Assembly: GCA_963721685.1 (NCBI GenBank)
Contig: CAVRJJ010000005.1
Coordinates: forward strand, 167,943-231,942
Direction: 5' to 3'
DNA: 64,000 nucleotides
From: an uncultured bacterium
GTDB taxonomy: Bacteria; Patescibacteriota; Saccharimonadia; UBA4664; SCTI01
Part shown: positions 9,625-20,648 of the stretch, one piece after another
How positions within the stretch are numbered: position 1 is the stretch's first letter
Layout of the letters: each line of letters begins with the position of its first letter
Position numbers and translations under genes: made by a program
Notes under the pieces: generated by a model
What the model was told of the DNA's origin: nothing
The model's input: only the letters and a program-made list of their open reading frames with translations
Database searches by the model: none

Positions 9625-11148
9625 CTATCGCCGCTTGTATAAGGTGAGAATGGTTTTGTCGGGAAGGGTGGAGCGCATGACGACTGCGCCGGAGCCGGCA
9701 CCTCCCGACGTTCGCTCAAGCACATAATTTGCCTCGGCGGGGGTAGCGATGGGGACACCGAACCGCCGATGGAAGTAAGCCATTCCCCAACCGTTGAGCC
9801 ACATAGTGTCGGATCCCGAGTAGGCCAAGCTGCGGGCAGCGGGCGGTTGCCGCTCGAGGTAAGCAAATATTTCCTGGAGACCCCAGTCTTCATTGGTTGG
9901 CGGTCCAATGATGTAGCCTCGCTGTGCAAAGACAGTAACCGGTTTTCCAGCTAAGGAGGCCTCTATATTGGCGGGAAGAACCTTCCAGCCAAAGCTAATA
10001 ACCCAAAACATGGCCGCGCCGTACAAAGCGATGCCGGTGTAGACGAGGCGCCGCGGCGTGGTTTTCAGCATGCCTATCCAAATAACAGAAAAAAGGGAAA
10101 CCGCGGGCAACATAGGAAGCGTATAGCGCGCATCTTTGTTGGCTAGTAGCGCAAAGGCCGTGTAGGTTCCTAGTATCAAGAGGGCGGGATACATTAGCTC
10201 AGGACGAAGCCTTCTCTGCCAAGCCAGCGCGCCAATACCCACCAAGAACAATAAGGCTCCTGGCAGGAAAACCTGTTGGTTAACCAGGTTTGGCACATAC
10301 CAAACGGCGGCCGCCAGGCTACCCGGCAGGGGATCACCTTCCCGCAGCGCCTGCTCGGCGCCGTTAACCTTGGTGTCAATTTGCAATTGCTGGATATTGG
10401 CCGCGTACCAGGGGCTGGCCACCGTGTAGGCCAGCAATACGGCCGCCCCGGCTACCACCAAGCGGCGCGGGCGCCTTTCCCTAAAATCGGCTTTGGCCGC
10501 CAGAACAACCGCCCAAATTACGGGAAGAAGCATGCACGCCACGAACGTCCATTTTGTAAGCATCCCCAGGCCACAAACAACACCGAAGGCTATGGAATAG
10601 GCGGGTTTTCGAAACGCCTCGGAGTACAACAGCAAGCAAAGGGCTAGGGCCACCATCGCGGTAAGTGGGGCATCGAGCTGGAGCTCCTTAAACTGGGTAA
10701 TAAGCATGGGGTAACTGAGGCAGAGGATCGCGGCAATTAGCCCGGCCGCCCGGCTTGCAATGCGGACGCCCAGAAAGTAAACGGAAAAGAGGAGGATGAG
10801 AATAAAAATTGTATTCGACATTACCGCCGCCTCAACATTCACGCCAAACAAAATGTAAAAAGGAATGACCGCCCAATACAACAAGGGGGGATAGTAGGCG
10901 TAATGCTGCAACAACGGCAGCAGCTGATGATTTTGAAAAAGCTCCCAGTAGTGCAAGCTTGTCCAAAGGTGGCGCCCCATGTCCCAGTGTGGCGGCCGCG
11001 TTTCGGTGGTGATCCATAGGTAATTGGCACTTATTATGAGAGCGGCCAAAAAAACCAGAATAAGGGGGCAGGTATAGCGGCTCAACCACAAGGCCCTTAC
11101 CCGGTTTCTCGGCGGCACCGCCTTACCCGCGATGGGAATTCTTGTCAT
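9625..11148 (-). CDS. GT-C fold glycosyltransferase, PMT/ArnT (GT39/GT83-like) family, polytopic membrane protein
   Basis: More than 10 predicted transmembrane helices and a C-terminal soluble domain. The N-terminal loop has the acidic motif typical of the dolichyl/undecaprenyl-phosphate-sugar transferase architecture. Start placed at the internal ATG (MTRIPIAG) to limit overlap; the maximal ORF reaches 11199. Confidence 0.65.
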   Translation of the reverse strand: MTRIPIAGKAVPPRNRVRALWLSRYTCPLILVFLAALIISANYLWITTETRPPHWDMGRHLWTSLHYWELFQNHQLLPLLQHYAYYPPLLYWAVIPFYILFGVNVEAAVMSNTIFILILLFSVYFLGVRIASRAAGLIAAILCLSYPMLITQFKELQLDAPLTAMVALALCLLLYSEAFRKPAYSIAFGVVCGLGMLTKWTFVACMLLPVIWAVVLAAKADFRERRPRRLVVAGAAVLLAYTVASPWYAANIQQLQIDTKVNGAEQALREGDPLPGSLAAAVWYVPNLVNQQVFLPGALLFLVGIGALAWQRRLRPELMYPALLILGTYTAFALLANKDARYTLPMLPAVSLFSVIWIGMLKTTPRRLVYTGIALYGAAMFWVISFGWKVLPANIEASLAGKPVTVFAQRGYIIGPPTNEDWGLQEIFAYLERQPPAARSLAYSGSDTMWLNGWGMAYFHRRFGVPIATPAEANYVLERTSGGAGSGAVVMRSTLPDKTILTLYKRR

Positions 11149-12460
11149 GCGTCGCCCCTTTTCTAGCCTGAGTCCCGGTAAGGCCAAGCACCAATCCAAT
11201 TGTCACCCAAATATGAGGGATGTAGAGCGTGGAAAAGGCGTAATACTGCACAACGTATGCCAAACAGGTTGCAAAGAGCGCCGCCAGCCAAACGCGATGG
11301 TAGTTCATAAGCTGCATACGCCACGTGCCCACGAGGCGCGCAAAAAGCGCCACTACAAAGCCTGCCAGCGCCAAAGCTCCCGCTAAACCGGTTTCAGCCA
11401 ATATTTCATAGTACTCATTGTTGACGGTGGGGTGGTTTCCCTTAGCCGGATAATTAAGCGGCGCTGCGGATTTGGCATATGCTCCGAAGCTGCCAATACC
11501 ATAGCCGAGCAGGGGGCGGTCTTGAAAAGCCTCAATCGCTAAGCGGCGATTAAGCACCCGGTCGCTATCAGCACTTCCTTTATTGGATGTTACGGTGGTG
11601 GACTGCTTCACATAACGCTTAATCGCCTTATCACCGGCATTGGGGTCAGCGTTAAAGGCGTTAGTCGCGGAGTATATTAAGCCGGCCGCGCACAAGGCCG
11701 CCAGACCAATAGTCGTGACAACGCCCGTCATTACCCTCAACGATGAGAGCCTGACAAGCAGTCCCATAAGTGCCATTAACCCAACCGCGCCCCCAATCAT
11801 CCCTCCCCGGGATAGGGTGAGCGCAAGGGCCAATATAAACAGGAAAAGCAGAATATAAGTAATGGTGGATTTTTGCTGGTTGCGCCCGAGTAAAAGGCCG
11901 GTCGCCAGCATAACCGGAAGGAGCAAATAATTGGCAAAGAATAGCGGCTCAAGACCGGTAGACTGAATCCGCGGAAAGCCAAAGATCTCTTTGATATAAT
12001 TGGGCCGCAAGCCGGTAGCCGACGGGGGCAATCCGATAATGTCGCCAATAAATTGGTACAGCCCGAAAGCAACCGCGACCGCGGTAGCAGCGAACAGCAC
12101 TTTTTGTATTCTCGGTAACGCTTCCAAGCGAACAACGCGGGCAACGATCACCGCCGCTCCTATGGCCAGAGCGGTTGCTACAATCACGATAAGCGAGCGG
12201 GGTTTGTCTATTGACCCAAGCAAGGAAGCAGCCAGCACGGCCATGTACGCCGCCAACCAGAAGTAGGGGCTGAAGGGATTAAGGCGGACCCGCCGGGCAA
12301 TCATAGGGCCGAAGACGATGATCCCGACGGCAATTATAATAAGACTTAGACGAAGGGTGACGGTATGTGATCCAAGCGAAACATCAAGAGAAGGAATGCG
12401 CTCAAACGGCAGGACCGCTACAAGCGCCACCAACCACCATCGTTTCAAGAAATTCATCAT
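11123..12460 (-). CDS. O-antigen ligase/polymerase (Wzy_C) family membrane protein
   Basis: Polytopic membrane protein with LTLSRGGMIGGAVGL (Wzy_C signature region) and a large periplasmic loop. Confidence 0.65.
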   Translation of the reverse strand: MMNFLKRWWLVALVAVLPFERIPSLDVSLGSHTVTLRLSLIIIAVGIIVFGPMIARRVRLNPFSPYFWLAAYMAVLAASLLGSIDKPRSLIVIVATALAIGAAVIVARVVRLEALPRIQKVLFAATAVAVAFGLYQFIGDIIGLPPSATGLRPNYIKEIFGFPRIQSTGLEPLFFANYLLLPVMLATGLLLGRNQQKSTITYILLFLFILALALTLSRGGMIGGAVGLMALMGLLVRLSSLRVMTGVVTTIGLAALCAAGLIYSATNAFNADPNAGDKAIKRYVKQSTTVTSNKGSADSDRVLNRRLAIEAFQDRPLLGYGIGSFGAYAKSAAPLNYPAKGNHPTVNNEYYEILAETGLAGALALAGFVVALFARLVGTWRMQLMNYHRVWLAALFATCLAYVVQYYAFSTLYIPHIWVTIGLVLGLTGTQARKGATHDKNSHRG

Positions 12461-12509
12461 ATAATGGTATCATAGAAGCCATTACTGTAATCGTCTAGGA
12501 GAGAAATGT

Positions 12510-13502
12510 ATGTCCCAAAAAAAGCGCGCCCTTGTAACCGGCATTACCGGCCAAGACGGCATGTATTTGGCAGAACTGTTATTAGCAAAAGACTATGAGG
12601 TTTTCGGCTTAATCCGGGGGCAAAACAATCCTAAACGTACCATGATCGAACAGACCTTCCCCGGGGTGCAGCTAATAGAAGGGGATCTGACCGACTTAGC
12701 CTCTTTGGTGGCCGCTTTGGAGGTCAGCCAACCCAGCGAAGTATACAACCTGGGCGCGATCAGTTTTGTGGCCTTTTCCTTTAAGCAGCCCGAGCTTACC
12801 GGTAACGTCAGTGGGCTTGGCGCGCTGCGCGTACTTGAGGCAATTCGCATTGTGGACGGCGACAAACGTTCCATCCGCTTTTATCAAGCATCAACCAGCG
12901 AGCTTTATGGCAAGGTGCGCGAGACCCCCCAAACCGAGTTGACCCCCTTCCATCCCCGCAGCCCCTACGGGGTGGCCAAGGCCTATGCCCATCATATGAC
13001 GGTGAACTACCGCGAAAGCTATAATATGCACGCGTCCTGCGGCATTTTGTTTAACCACGAATCACCGCGCCGCGGCTATGAGTTTGTAACCCGCAAAGTG
13101 ACCAGCTCGGTGGCCCGGATTAAGCTTGGTCTCCAGGCGGACATGTCGCTTGGCAACCTGGACGCTAAACGCGACTGGGGTTTTGCCGGCGACTATGTTG
13201 AAGGGATGTGGCGGATGTTGCAGCAGGACGAGCCGGATGACTACGTGCTTGCTACTGGCGAAACTCATTCGATAGCCGAACTGCTGGATGCGGCGTTTGG
13301 CGAAGTCGGCATTGACGATTGGAAGCCCTACGTTAAACAGGATCCACGTTTTATGCGCCCTGCCGAAGTGGATCTCTTGCTGGGCGACCCGACAAAAGCC
13401 AAAGAAAAACTTGGTTGGGAGCCAAAGGTTGGTTTCAAAGAATTGGTAGCAATGATGGTAAAGAATGACCTGGAAATTGAGGGAGCGACAAAGCGGGGCT
13501 AA
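12510..13502 (+). CDS. gmd: GDP-mannose 4,6-dehydratase
   Basis: [31 protein letters not shown]-terminus is characteristic of Gmd. GGAGAG RBS upstream. Confidence 0.9.
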   Translation: MSQKKRALVTGITGQDGMYLAELLLAKDYEVFGLIRGQNNPKRTMIEQTFPGVQLIEGDLTDLASLVAALEVSQPSEVYNLGAISFVAFSFKQPELTGNVSGLGALRVLEAIRIVDGDKRSIRFYQASTSELYGKVRETPQTELTPFHPRSPYGVAKAYAHHMTVNYRESYNMHASCGILFNHESPRRGYEFVTRKVTSSVARIKLGLQADMSLGNLDAKRDWGFAGDYVEGMWRMLQQDEPDDYVLATGETHSIAELLDAAFGEVGIDDWKPYVKQDPRFMRPAEVDLLLGDPTKAKEKLGWEPKVGFKELVAMMVKNDLEIEGATKRG

Positions 13503-14422
13503 ACTTGGCTTCGCCAATAGTTTAAGGTGTCCTCGAGGGTCTTGCGCAGGGCAATTTGAGGCTCCCATCCAGTATCGCGCCTAAGTTTGGAGGCGTCCCC
13601 ATAAAGATCGGGGATATCAGAAGGCCGCATCCGGGCGGGATCCGGCTCCGTAATAATTTCCTTGGCCGAAAAGGAGAGCAGGGTGTCTAAAATTTCCTGG
13701 CCCGATGTTGATTTGCCGCTACAAACATTATAGATTTCAGCATTTCCCCCTTTTTCAGCAAGCAAGGCATATGCCCTTACGATATCACGTACATCGGTAA
13801 AATCGCGCTTGGAGCTGAGGTTGCCCACTCTCAAGGTAGTATCCGCTCCGGCTTTTTCCAGTTCAGCAATTTGTTTGGACAGGTCGGAGACTAAATACCC
13901 GGGCTGTTGGCCGGGTCCGATGTGGTTGAAAGGCCTGGCAATTACCGACTCTATACCGCGCTTAGCATACATTGAGGCTAGATGTTCTTGTCCGACTTTT
14001 GCCACGGCATAGGGACTGGCAAAATCTAATTGCATTGTTTCCGCTACAGGCAGAGAACTGGAGTCCGCCCGCCCGTATATTTGACCACTGCTGACAATCA
14101 GCATGCGCGGGGTGAGCTTAAGTTCCAAGCAGGCCTCATATAAATTAATTTGCATGGCCATGGTGTCGTTAATCGCGGCCACCGGTTGCGAGAATGATAA
14201 GGCTGGGGAAGCGAAGGCGGCCAAGTGGTAGATAATATCAGGCTTAACCTGGGTGATGGCAGTCTTAACCTCTTCATAGCTGCAAAGATTAGCCCTAACA
14301 TAGGGGGATTCATTTTCATGCATACTGATGCCGAAAACGCTCTCATGAGGATGGGCTTCGCGCAATAGGTCCATCAGGTGCTTACCCACAAAGCCGCTGG
14401 CACCGGTAACGAGAATATTCAT
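13499..14422 (-). CDS. rmd: GDP-4-keto-6-deoxy-D-mannose reductase (GDP-D-rhamnose synthase, Rmd-like)
   Basis: [14 protein letters not shown]..., [18 protein letters not shown] and DPARMRP closely parallel Pseudomonas Rmd. Convergent with gmd and overlapping at the stop. Confidence 0.75.
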   Translation of the reverse strand: MNILVTGASGFVGKHLMDLLREAHPHESVFGISMHENESPYVRANLCSYEEVKTAITQVKPDIIYHLAAFASPALSFSQPVAAINDTMAMQINLYEACLELKLTPRMLIVSSGQIYGRADSSSLPVAETMQLDFASPYAVAKVGQEHLASMYAKRGIESVIARPFNHIGPGQQPGYLVSDLSKQIAELEKAGADTTLRVGNLSSKRDFTDVRDIVRAYALLAEKGGNAEIYNVCSGKSTSGQEILDTLLSFSAKEIITEPDPARMRPSDIPDLYGDASKLRRDTGWEPQIALRKTLEDTLNYWRSQV

Positions 14423-15571
14423 TTAAGTCCGTCCTATAGCTTTAAAGATATCTACCAGTTTAGCAGCCTCCTCCTGCCATACGAATTTTTTGGCTTGCTC
14501 AAAGCCAGCGGCAGACATTTGTTGAGCCAGCTTATCGTCACTTAGAACTTTTGTTAGCGCGGCGGCAATCGCTTCGGTATCGCGGGCATCCACCTTAATA
14601 CCCGCGTTTCCGACCACCTCAGGTAGAGACGAATTGTCCCCCACAATAACGGGCGTGCCGCAGGCCATGGCCTCAAGCGGGGGCATGCCAAAGCCCTCAT
14701 AAAAGCTGGGATAAGCAAAAACGGATGCCCCTGAATAGAGTGCCGGGAGATCAGCTTCTGCGGCATATCCCGTCCGAATGATGGTATATTCTTGGCTGAG
14801 CGAATCATAAAGGTCATTAATTTCAGTGTCCAGCCAGCCTTTGCCACCCGTAAGGACAAGGGCATACTTTTTCTTAACTTGTACACTTAGTTGCGCGTAA
14901 GCTTTTAGGAGGCCAACCAAATTTTTGCGGGGTTCAATGGTCCCAACGCTTAAAATGTAGGGCTGGTTAATCCCATATTTCGCCTGGACCGTTGCAATTG
15001 CTTTGGCATTTCTGGGCATAAAGAATTCATGGTTAACGGCGGGGTATACAACTGAAACTTTGTTAGGATTTGTCCCGTATTCAGCCAAAATTTCGCGGCG
15101 GGAATTTTCAGAAATAGTCACCACTTGGGTCGCTCGCCTAATTGATTTTGGCACTGTCCGGGTTAAATAGCCTCGGTGGCCCCTCACGGAATGCTCGCCG
15201 GCGTGAAGATAGGAGAGGTCGTACACGACAATCACGGAAGCCTTGGTCCAAATCAGGGGCCACCGAACAAAATTGGGAAAAAAGAAAACGTCTGGACGAA
15301 GCATGGAAGCGAGGTCGTACGGTATGCCGACGAACCATCGGACTAAGAGATGGTAAAAACGCCCTGGAAACCAGCTAATTTTCCGTGGGATCACATTTTT
15401 GCCGTAGATACCAAGATCCGAGGGCTTTTTATGAATGAAACTAATATAAGTAAGATAAAAAAGGTCGTTTGGCATTTGCTTAACGACTTCTTCAAGCAAG
15501 TTGCGCGTGTAGTAGTCGACACCGGTTTTAGCTTCACGGTGCAGAACCGAAGCCTCAATACCAATTTTCAT
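14423..15571 (-). CDS. Glycosyltransferase family 1
   Basis: FYEGFGMPPLEAMACGTPV. Confidence 0.85.
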   Translation of the reverse strand: MKIGIEASVLHREAKTGVDYYTRNLLEEVVKQMPNDLFYLTYISFIHKKPSDLGIYGKNVIPRKISWFPGRFYHLLVRWFVGIPYDLASMLRPDVFFFPNFVRWPLIWTKASVIVVYDLSYLHAGEHSVRGHRGYLTRTVPKSIRRATQVVTISENSRREILAEYGTNPNKVSVVYPAVNHEFFMPRNAKAIATVQAKYGINQPYILSVGTIEPRKNLVGLLKAYAQLSVQVKKKYALVLTGGKGWLDTEINDLYDSLSQEYTIIRTGYAAEADLPALYSGASVFAYPSFYEGFGMPPLEAMACGTPVIVGDNSSLPEVVGNAGIKVDARDTEAIAAALTKVLSDDKLAQQMSAAGFEQAKKFVWQEEAAKLVDIFKAIGRT

Positions 15572-16428
15572 GAGGCTGAATTCCTCCGATTTAGGCCTTT
15601 TTTCAGTAATGCTGAGTAAATTCGCAATAAGGGCTTGATGTGTCCTTTGCTCCAGTGCCGCTTATAGAATTTATAACGTATCATCACATTATACGGGGAC
15701 TTAATTGAAAACAGTAATTCTTTAATGAATCCAGCCTTTCTTGAGGTTTGACGTTTAAGCCAAGAGGAAGAAACGTCCGCATAAAGTATGCTATCGGGCA
15801 CAACCAAAAGCTCATAACCTTTCTCCCGAGCTCTTAGCGAAAAGTCCGCGTCACCAAAGTATTGGGGAAAATTTTTGGTATCGTATAGACCCACTGCTTT
15901 AAAGGCAGCCACGGGTATGAGAATCCCCATGCCCGTTAGCCAGTCGGTGAATATGGGTTGGTGGCCGGATGGCAGTTCAGTCTGGTGTTCCATTTCGCCG
16001 CTGGAATAGTTAAAATAAGCGCCGGCAAACCAAATTCGCTCAGGCTGTCCGGCATACCGCACAATCGACCCGACCACCGCTTTGGGGCGTGCCCGCGCGA
16101 CTTTTATGAGAGCCTCGAGGGATCCCGGAGCGATTACCACGTCATTATTGATGGTAAGGACATAGTCATATTTGTGCTTTATAGCCCATTCCACGCCCAG
16201 ATTGGTGGCTCCAGACCACCACAGGCTTCCATTCCCTTTAAGAACTATAGTTTTCGGGTGGGCCGCGGCAATCGCTTCTGCTGAACCATCAGTGGAGCCG
16301 TCGTCTACCACAACAGTTACCAAGTTCGGGTAGCCAGCCTCCTCCATTGATTTCAAGAAAGGCAGGGTGTGTTCAATCCCATTGTGAATTGGAATGACCG
16401 CGGCAATCGACGGTTTTGCGCTAGTCAT
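15568..16428 (-). CDS. Glycosyltransferase family 2
   Basis: IAAVIPIHNG ... VVVDDGSTDGS. Start reassigned to the ATG at 16428 (ATGACTAG overlap with the upstream stop) instead of the track's 16515. Confidence 0.8.
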   Translation of the reverse strand: MTSAKPSIAAVIPIHNGIEHTLPFLKSMEEAGYPNLVTVVVDDGSTDGSAEAIAAAHPKTIVLKGNGSLWWSGATNLGVEWAIKHKYDYVLTINNDVVIAPGSLEALIKVARARPKAVVGSIVRYAGQPERIWFAGAYFNYSSGEMEHQTELPSGHQPIFTDWLTGMGILIPVAAFKAVGLYDTKNFPQYFGDADFSLRAREKGYELLVVPDSILYADVSSSWLKRQTSRKAGFIKELLFSIKSPYNVMIRYKFYKRHWSKGHIKPLLRIYSALLKKGLNRRNSAS

Positions 16429-17551
16429 TGAATGCACTTCTATAAACTTCAAGTGTTTGCTGCGCCATAGTGTTCCATGAAAATTGCTGGAGACGCTTAC
16501 TCCCGCGGCTAACAAGAAGCTCTTGTTCTTTTTCTGACTTTATTAAAAGCAGCATTTTAGCGGAAATATCTTCAATATCCTGGGGATTGATAAAAAGCGC
16601 GGCATCACCGGCAATTTCCGGCAAGCAGGTGGTGTTAGAGCAAATAATGGGCCGCCGCATTGCCATTGCCTCCAACAAGGGAATGCCAAAACCTTCAAAT
16701 AAGGATGGGTAAACCAGGGCAAAGCATTTTCCATATACGGCCGGCAAACTAGCGTAAGGGAGATACCCTAAGATATGAACATGGTTGGCAATGCCAAGTT
16801 CTGCCGCGGCTTTGCTTATAGTGCCGACAGCTCCGGTATTTATCCCCGACAAGACCAACGAAAATTCAGGATGATTTTCAACAACCTTTGCAAAGGCTTT
16901 TAACAGGCGCTGGTGATTTTTATGAGGCCAGGTTGCCGCGGGATAATAAAAGTAGCGACTGGGCAGTGTGTCCGTGGGCGGGTATTGTCTATTGGGCTGG
17001 AACAGTTCTTCATCGTAGCTCAAATGTACCGTTGTAATCTTTTGGGCATTTATACCGTATCGCCCAACGATGCTGGCTTTTGTAAAGTCGGAGATGGCAA
17101 TAATTGCGTCAGCGGCCTCCGCGGAAGGGGCGTAGGTAGCTTTTCTCCCTCTTAGCTCGCTTGGGGTAAAAAATTCCGGATGAAATTCGTGCTGCATGTC
17201 CATAAAGCTCAGAACGGTTTTCGTTCGAACTCCTTCAGGGAAGATAGTTTGGAAGGGAAAGTGCACTACATCAAGATGCGCGGCGTTGATGCGCTGGGAT
17301 TGTCTGGATTGTAAAAAAGGTAATTGAAGTTTGCGCAGAACTTTGTCAGCGAACGATTCTTCTTCAAGCAGGACAACCTTAAAATGGGGGTTATCAAGCA
17401 CTAACTCGTGGGCACACTCGCGCCGTAGGAATATGATGTAGTGATTCTTCTTGTCGATGTGCTGCAATGATCTAATCAGGTTTCGGAAATATGTTTCAGT
17501 ACCGCCGGTTTTGCCCGGCATAAGACCCCAGCCTACAATTCCTATCTTCAT
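16421..17551 (-). CDS. Glycosyltransferase family 1
   Basis: LFEGFGIPLLEAMAMRRPII. Confidence 0.85.
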   Translation of the reverse strand: MKIGIVGWGLMPGKTGGTETYFRNLIRSLQHIDKKNHYIIFLRRECAHELVLDNPHFKVVLLEEESFADKVLRKLQLPFLQSRQSQRINAAHLDVVHFPFQTIFPEGVRTKTVLSFMDMQHEFHPEFFTPSELRGRKATYAPSAEAADAIIAISDFTKASIVGRYGINAQKITTVHLSYDEELFQPNRQYPPTDTLPSRYFYYPAATWPHKNHQRLLKAFAKVVENHPEFSLVLSGINTGAVGTISKAAAELGIANHVHILGYLPYASLPAVYGKCFALVYPSLFEGFGIPLLEAMAMRRPIICSNTTCLPEIAGDAALFINPQDIEDISAKMLLLIKSEKEQELLVSRGSKRLQQFSWNTMAQQTLEVYRSAFND

Positions 17552-18645
17552 ACCAGCTTATTATACAGGGCAACAATCTTGTCTTTCACCATACGTTCCA
17601 GGTCAAATTGCTGCCGGGCTTTTGCTTGGGCTTGGCGGCCCAGTGTGACACGCTGGGATTCGTTGGAAAGCAAGTTTACCAGCGCACCGGCCAAGGCTTC
17701 TGGTTGCTTAGGAGCGACTAAAAGGCCGGTTTCGCCGTCTTGAATCAATTCTGGAATTCCGCCTACATTGGTCGCAACAATTGCCGTACCTTTGTGCATG
17801 GCTTCGCATATGGAAAGCGAAAAAGCCTCGCTGTGGGAAGGGAAGGCAAATACCCAGCATTCGGAAAGACTTTTGCTAATCTGCTCGGGCGGCATGAAAC
17901 CCAAGAACTCAAAACTACCCTTAAGCTTTTGCCGCGCCTGGACGAGTAAGCTTTCGTCGTCAACCCCGGCGGCCACTATTAGCCTGACGCCTTTAATCTG
18001 CTTTTTCACTAAGACCATCGCTTCAATCAGATCTACAAACCCTTTTTCGTACTGAATACGGGCGGTGCTAAATACCATCGGATGTGCCGAGGGGGAACGG
18101 GTCCCGCTAAATAGCCGCCCTTTCACGCCATTGTAAATTACGGAAGATCTGGAGGCTAAATGGGGGAAATTTTTGATAGCTACATCGCGCTCCGCCTTAG
18201 AAACAAAAATGGCATGGTCGACATGGCGCGTCATTACCTTCAGTAGTTTTGTCTGCCACCGAAGCGTAAACTCCAACACATGCTTCAGGTCGCCATGGTC
18301 AGTCCAAACAGCCTTACGTCCTAATAGTTTAGCCGCTATAGTTCCGTATACCTGGGCGTCTCGGCCGGACAAATTTACAATGCTTACACGGTACCTGGCA
18401 ATTAAGTACATGTACCGCAATACGGTGCGGGGCCCAATCCAAAGGTATTTGCGCCCCGCGCTGTTTTCCGCCCATGGCACTTGCTCAACGGTAAACTCCA
18501 AATCCTGCATTATTTTAGCCAATTCTGGCTGCTGCGTAACCATGACCGAATGAATCTTGTGCTTTTTTAGTTCCGGCAAGAGAGACGCGTAATATAGCTC
18601 GGCACCACCCAGCTTATAGGCGTTTCTAGCGTGCAAGACTACCAT
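17548..18645 (-). CDS. Glycosyltransferase family 1
   Basis: HSEAFSLSICEAMHKGTAIVATNVGGIPE. Confidence 0.85.
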   Translation of the reverse strand: MVVLHARNAYKLGGAELYYASLLPELKKHKIHSVMVTQQPELAKIMQDLEFTVEQVPWAENSAGRKYLWIGPRTVLRYMYLIARYRVSIVNLSGRDAQVYGTIAAKLLGRKAVWTDHGDLKHVLEFTLRWQTKLLKVMTRHVDHAIFVSKAERDVAIKNFPHLASRSSVIYNGVKGRLFSGTRSPSAHPMVFSTARIQYEKGFVDLIEAMVLVKKQIKGVRLIVAAGVDDESLLVQARQKLKGSFEFLGFMPPEQISKSLSECWVFAFPSHSEAFSLSICEAMHKGTAIVATNVGGIPELIQDGETGLLVAPKQPEALAGALVNLLSNESQRVTLGRQAQAKARQQFDLERMVKDKIVALYNKLV

Positions 18646-19435
18646 AAATCCATCTTCCTACCCGCTTAATACGCTTCTGAGTTAAACCCATATACTCTGA
18701 AATTGAACGCTTTAGCATAGCGCGGTTTTGCCGGGAATTAATCTTCCCGCCGTATTTACGGCTAATACGAAAAACTTCGGGGTAGAATTTAGTAAGCTGA
18801 GTAATGGTTTTGCTCTCCGGCTGCAGGCGAAAACTGGCATTGATGCCGTCAATTTTTTTAATTGAGTATTTTTTGCCAATTCTCAACCAAAACTCATAAT
18901 CCATCGCGTAATGGTAGGCCTCATCCAGATAGCCAATATCAGAAAAAAGATGGGCCCGAAAAAAAACGGTAGGTTGGGGTATGAGGTTGATGTCATTAAG
19001 CTGGCGCTGGTAATCGAACGTACCAACCTTCTCGGTAAACATGTATCCGCCCTTATCGTTGATATAGTTAAAATCAGTGTATATAAAGTCAACGCCGGGG
19101 TTTTTTTGGAGATACTCAACCGACCGCTTAATCGCTCCGGACTCATAGATATCGTCTGAGTTGAGCCACCCGATTATCTCCCCTTTGGCTCGCTTAAAAC
19201 CTTTGTTAATGGCGTCGGATTGACCGTTGTCTTGCTCCGATACCCAGCTCAAGTGAAAGTGTTTTTCCAGAATTTTGAGTGTACCGTCGGTAGACCCGCC
19301 ATCAATTACAATATGCTCTAAGGGGGAATAATGTTGCTCTTTAACCGAGAGGATGGTTGCTTCAATATACTCAGCTTGGTTGTAAGAGGGGGTGATAATG
19401 GAAACGAGGGGTTTAGCCTTTTGCGACATCTTCAA
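18626..19435 (-). CDS. Glycosyltransferase family 2
   Basis: VSIITPSYNQAEYI ... IVIDGGSTDGT. Confidence 0.85.
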   Translation of the reverse strand: MKMSQKAKPLVSIITPSYNQAEYIEATILSVKEQHYSPLEHIVIDGGSTDGTLKILEKHFHLSWVSEQDNGQSDAINKGFKRAKGEIIGWLNSDDIYESGAIKRSVEYLQKNPGVDFIYTDFNYINDKGGYMFTEKVGTFDYQRQLNDINLIPQPTVFFRAHLFSDIGYLDEAYHYAMDYEFWLRIGKKYSIKKIDGINASFRLQPESKTITQLTKFYPEVFRISRKYGGKINSRQNRAMLKRSISEYMGLTQKRIKRVGRWIYGSLAR

Positions 19436-20648
19436 ATACCTTCAGCATATTTTGGGCATAAATCGGCCAGCTAATATTTTTTTCAACAAACTCACGTCCG
19501 TTTTTCGATAGCTTTTGGCGCAGGCGGGGATCTTTAATTAGCTGTTCAATCCGCTCGGCAATCTCCTCGGGCTGGCAGGGTTCAACCAATAGGGCGTTCA
19601 CCCCGTCTTCCAAAACTTCATGGGCGCCCGCTGTTTTTGAAACAATTACGGGAGTACCGGAAGCCATCGCCTCAAAAACAGCTAAACCCCAAGTTTGGTT
19701 GTGGTTGGGAAAAGCAAAAACATCGGCGTTCCGGTACTGGTGCTGTAGCTCTTCCTCCGTGACACGACCAAGAAAGCTAACGTTGTCGGTTACGCGGTGT
19801 TTTTTAACCCGGGAGCGCAACTCACTCCCATAGGATGCGTCGAACTCGTCGCTGCCGACAATGTTTAAGTGGACGCTATGGCCTTGGCCTAGCAGAATTT
19901 TAACGCTATCAATTAAGTCCTCAAACCGCCGCAGGCGGAAAAGTATGCCGGTGCCCAGAATCGTAAAAGTCTTATTTGATTTGGTGTAATTGGGGCTGAA
20001 GCGTTCCAAGTCCAGTCCGCTGCGAATGATGCGCGCATCCTTGTCCATGTAGTGCTTGAATTGGTCCTGGTTACGCTTATCCAGGACCACCACCTCGTTA
20101 ATCGGACGAACGAACCGCAGTTCACGCTGGACTTCAAGCCAAAACAAAAAGTTTTGAAGCTTGATGGAAATCCAGCCCTTCCAAGAACCGGCTTGACGCG
20201 GATGTTGCTGGTTGTGGGCTTGAATCTGAAAAATGCCGGGAACATCATTTGACATCCATACTGTTTTGGCGCCAGGGCTTCGTTTTAAATAGTAATAGGC
20301 CACCCGCTCGGTGAAGAGGTCGTGGAGGTTAAGGACGTCGAAGCCTTCCTCTATGATTCCCGCCAGCTCCTTGATTTGGCTGTCGAATAGGTGAAATTGC
20401 TGGTACGAGTCAAAGCGCAACTGGGCTAGTTTGCCGGTATCTCCAGGCCGTTCCACTTTTGCGACATCTTTTACTAAATACTTGATGTTTAAATTTTTTA
20501 CCAGCTCGGGGTAGCACCGTTCTGCGTTAAAGCCGTAAGTATATACCACCACCTCGTGTTTATCCGCAAGGTGATTGGCGAGCTCAATAGCTTGGCGCTG
20601 GGTTCCGCCGCTGACGCTTAAATCCCACACTATAACCGCGATTTTCAT
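19413..20648 (-). CDS. Glycosyltransferase family 1
   Basis: VFEAMASGTPVIVSKTAGAHE. Start set at the ATG forming an ATGA overlap with the wzx stop; the maximal ORF reaches 20666. Confidence 0.8.
   Translation of the reverse strand: MKIAVIVWDLSVSGGTQRQAIELANHLADKHEVVVYTYGFNAERCYPELVKNLNIKYLVKDVAKVERPGDTGKLAQLRFDSYQQFHLFDSQIKELAGIIEEGFDVLNLHDLFTERVAYYYLKRSPGAKTVWMSNDVPGIFQIQAHNQQHPRQAGSWKGWISIKLQNFLFWLEVQRELRFVRPINEVVVLDKRNQDQFKHYMDKDARIIRSGLDLERFSPNYTKSNKTFTILGTGILFRLRRFEDLIDSVKILLGQGHSVHLNIVGSDEFDASYGSELRSRVKKHRVTDNVSFLGRVTEEELQHQYRNADVFAFPNHNQTWGLAVFEAMASGTPVIVSKTAGAHEVLEDGVNALLVEPCQPEEIAERIEQLIKDPRLRQKLSKNGREFVEKNISWPIYAQNMLKVFEDVAKG

Noticed and set aside
9618-12266. Numerous 60-130-aa antisense ORFs inside the GT-C and Wzy-like genes (for example 10276..10647, 11797..12144, 12000..12266)
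   Set aside because: They lie entirely within long same-locus membrane-protein genes on the opposite strand. They have Arg/Pro/Gly-rich low-complexity translations and lack RBSs.
13062-13568. 168-aa minus-strand ORF overlapping the 3' end of gmd
   Set aside because: It is antisense to a confidently identified, conserved gmd and has no independent support.
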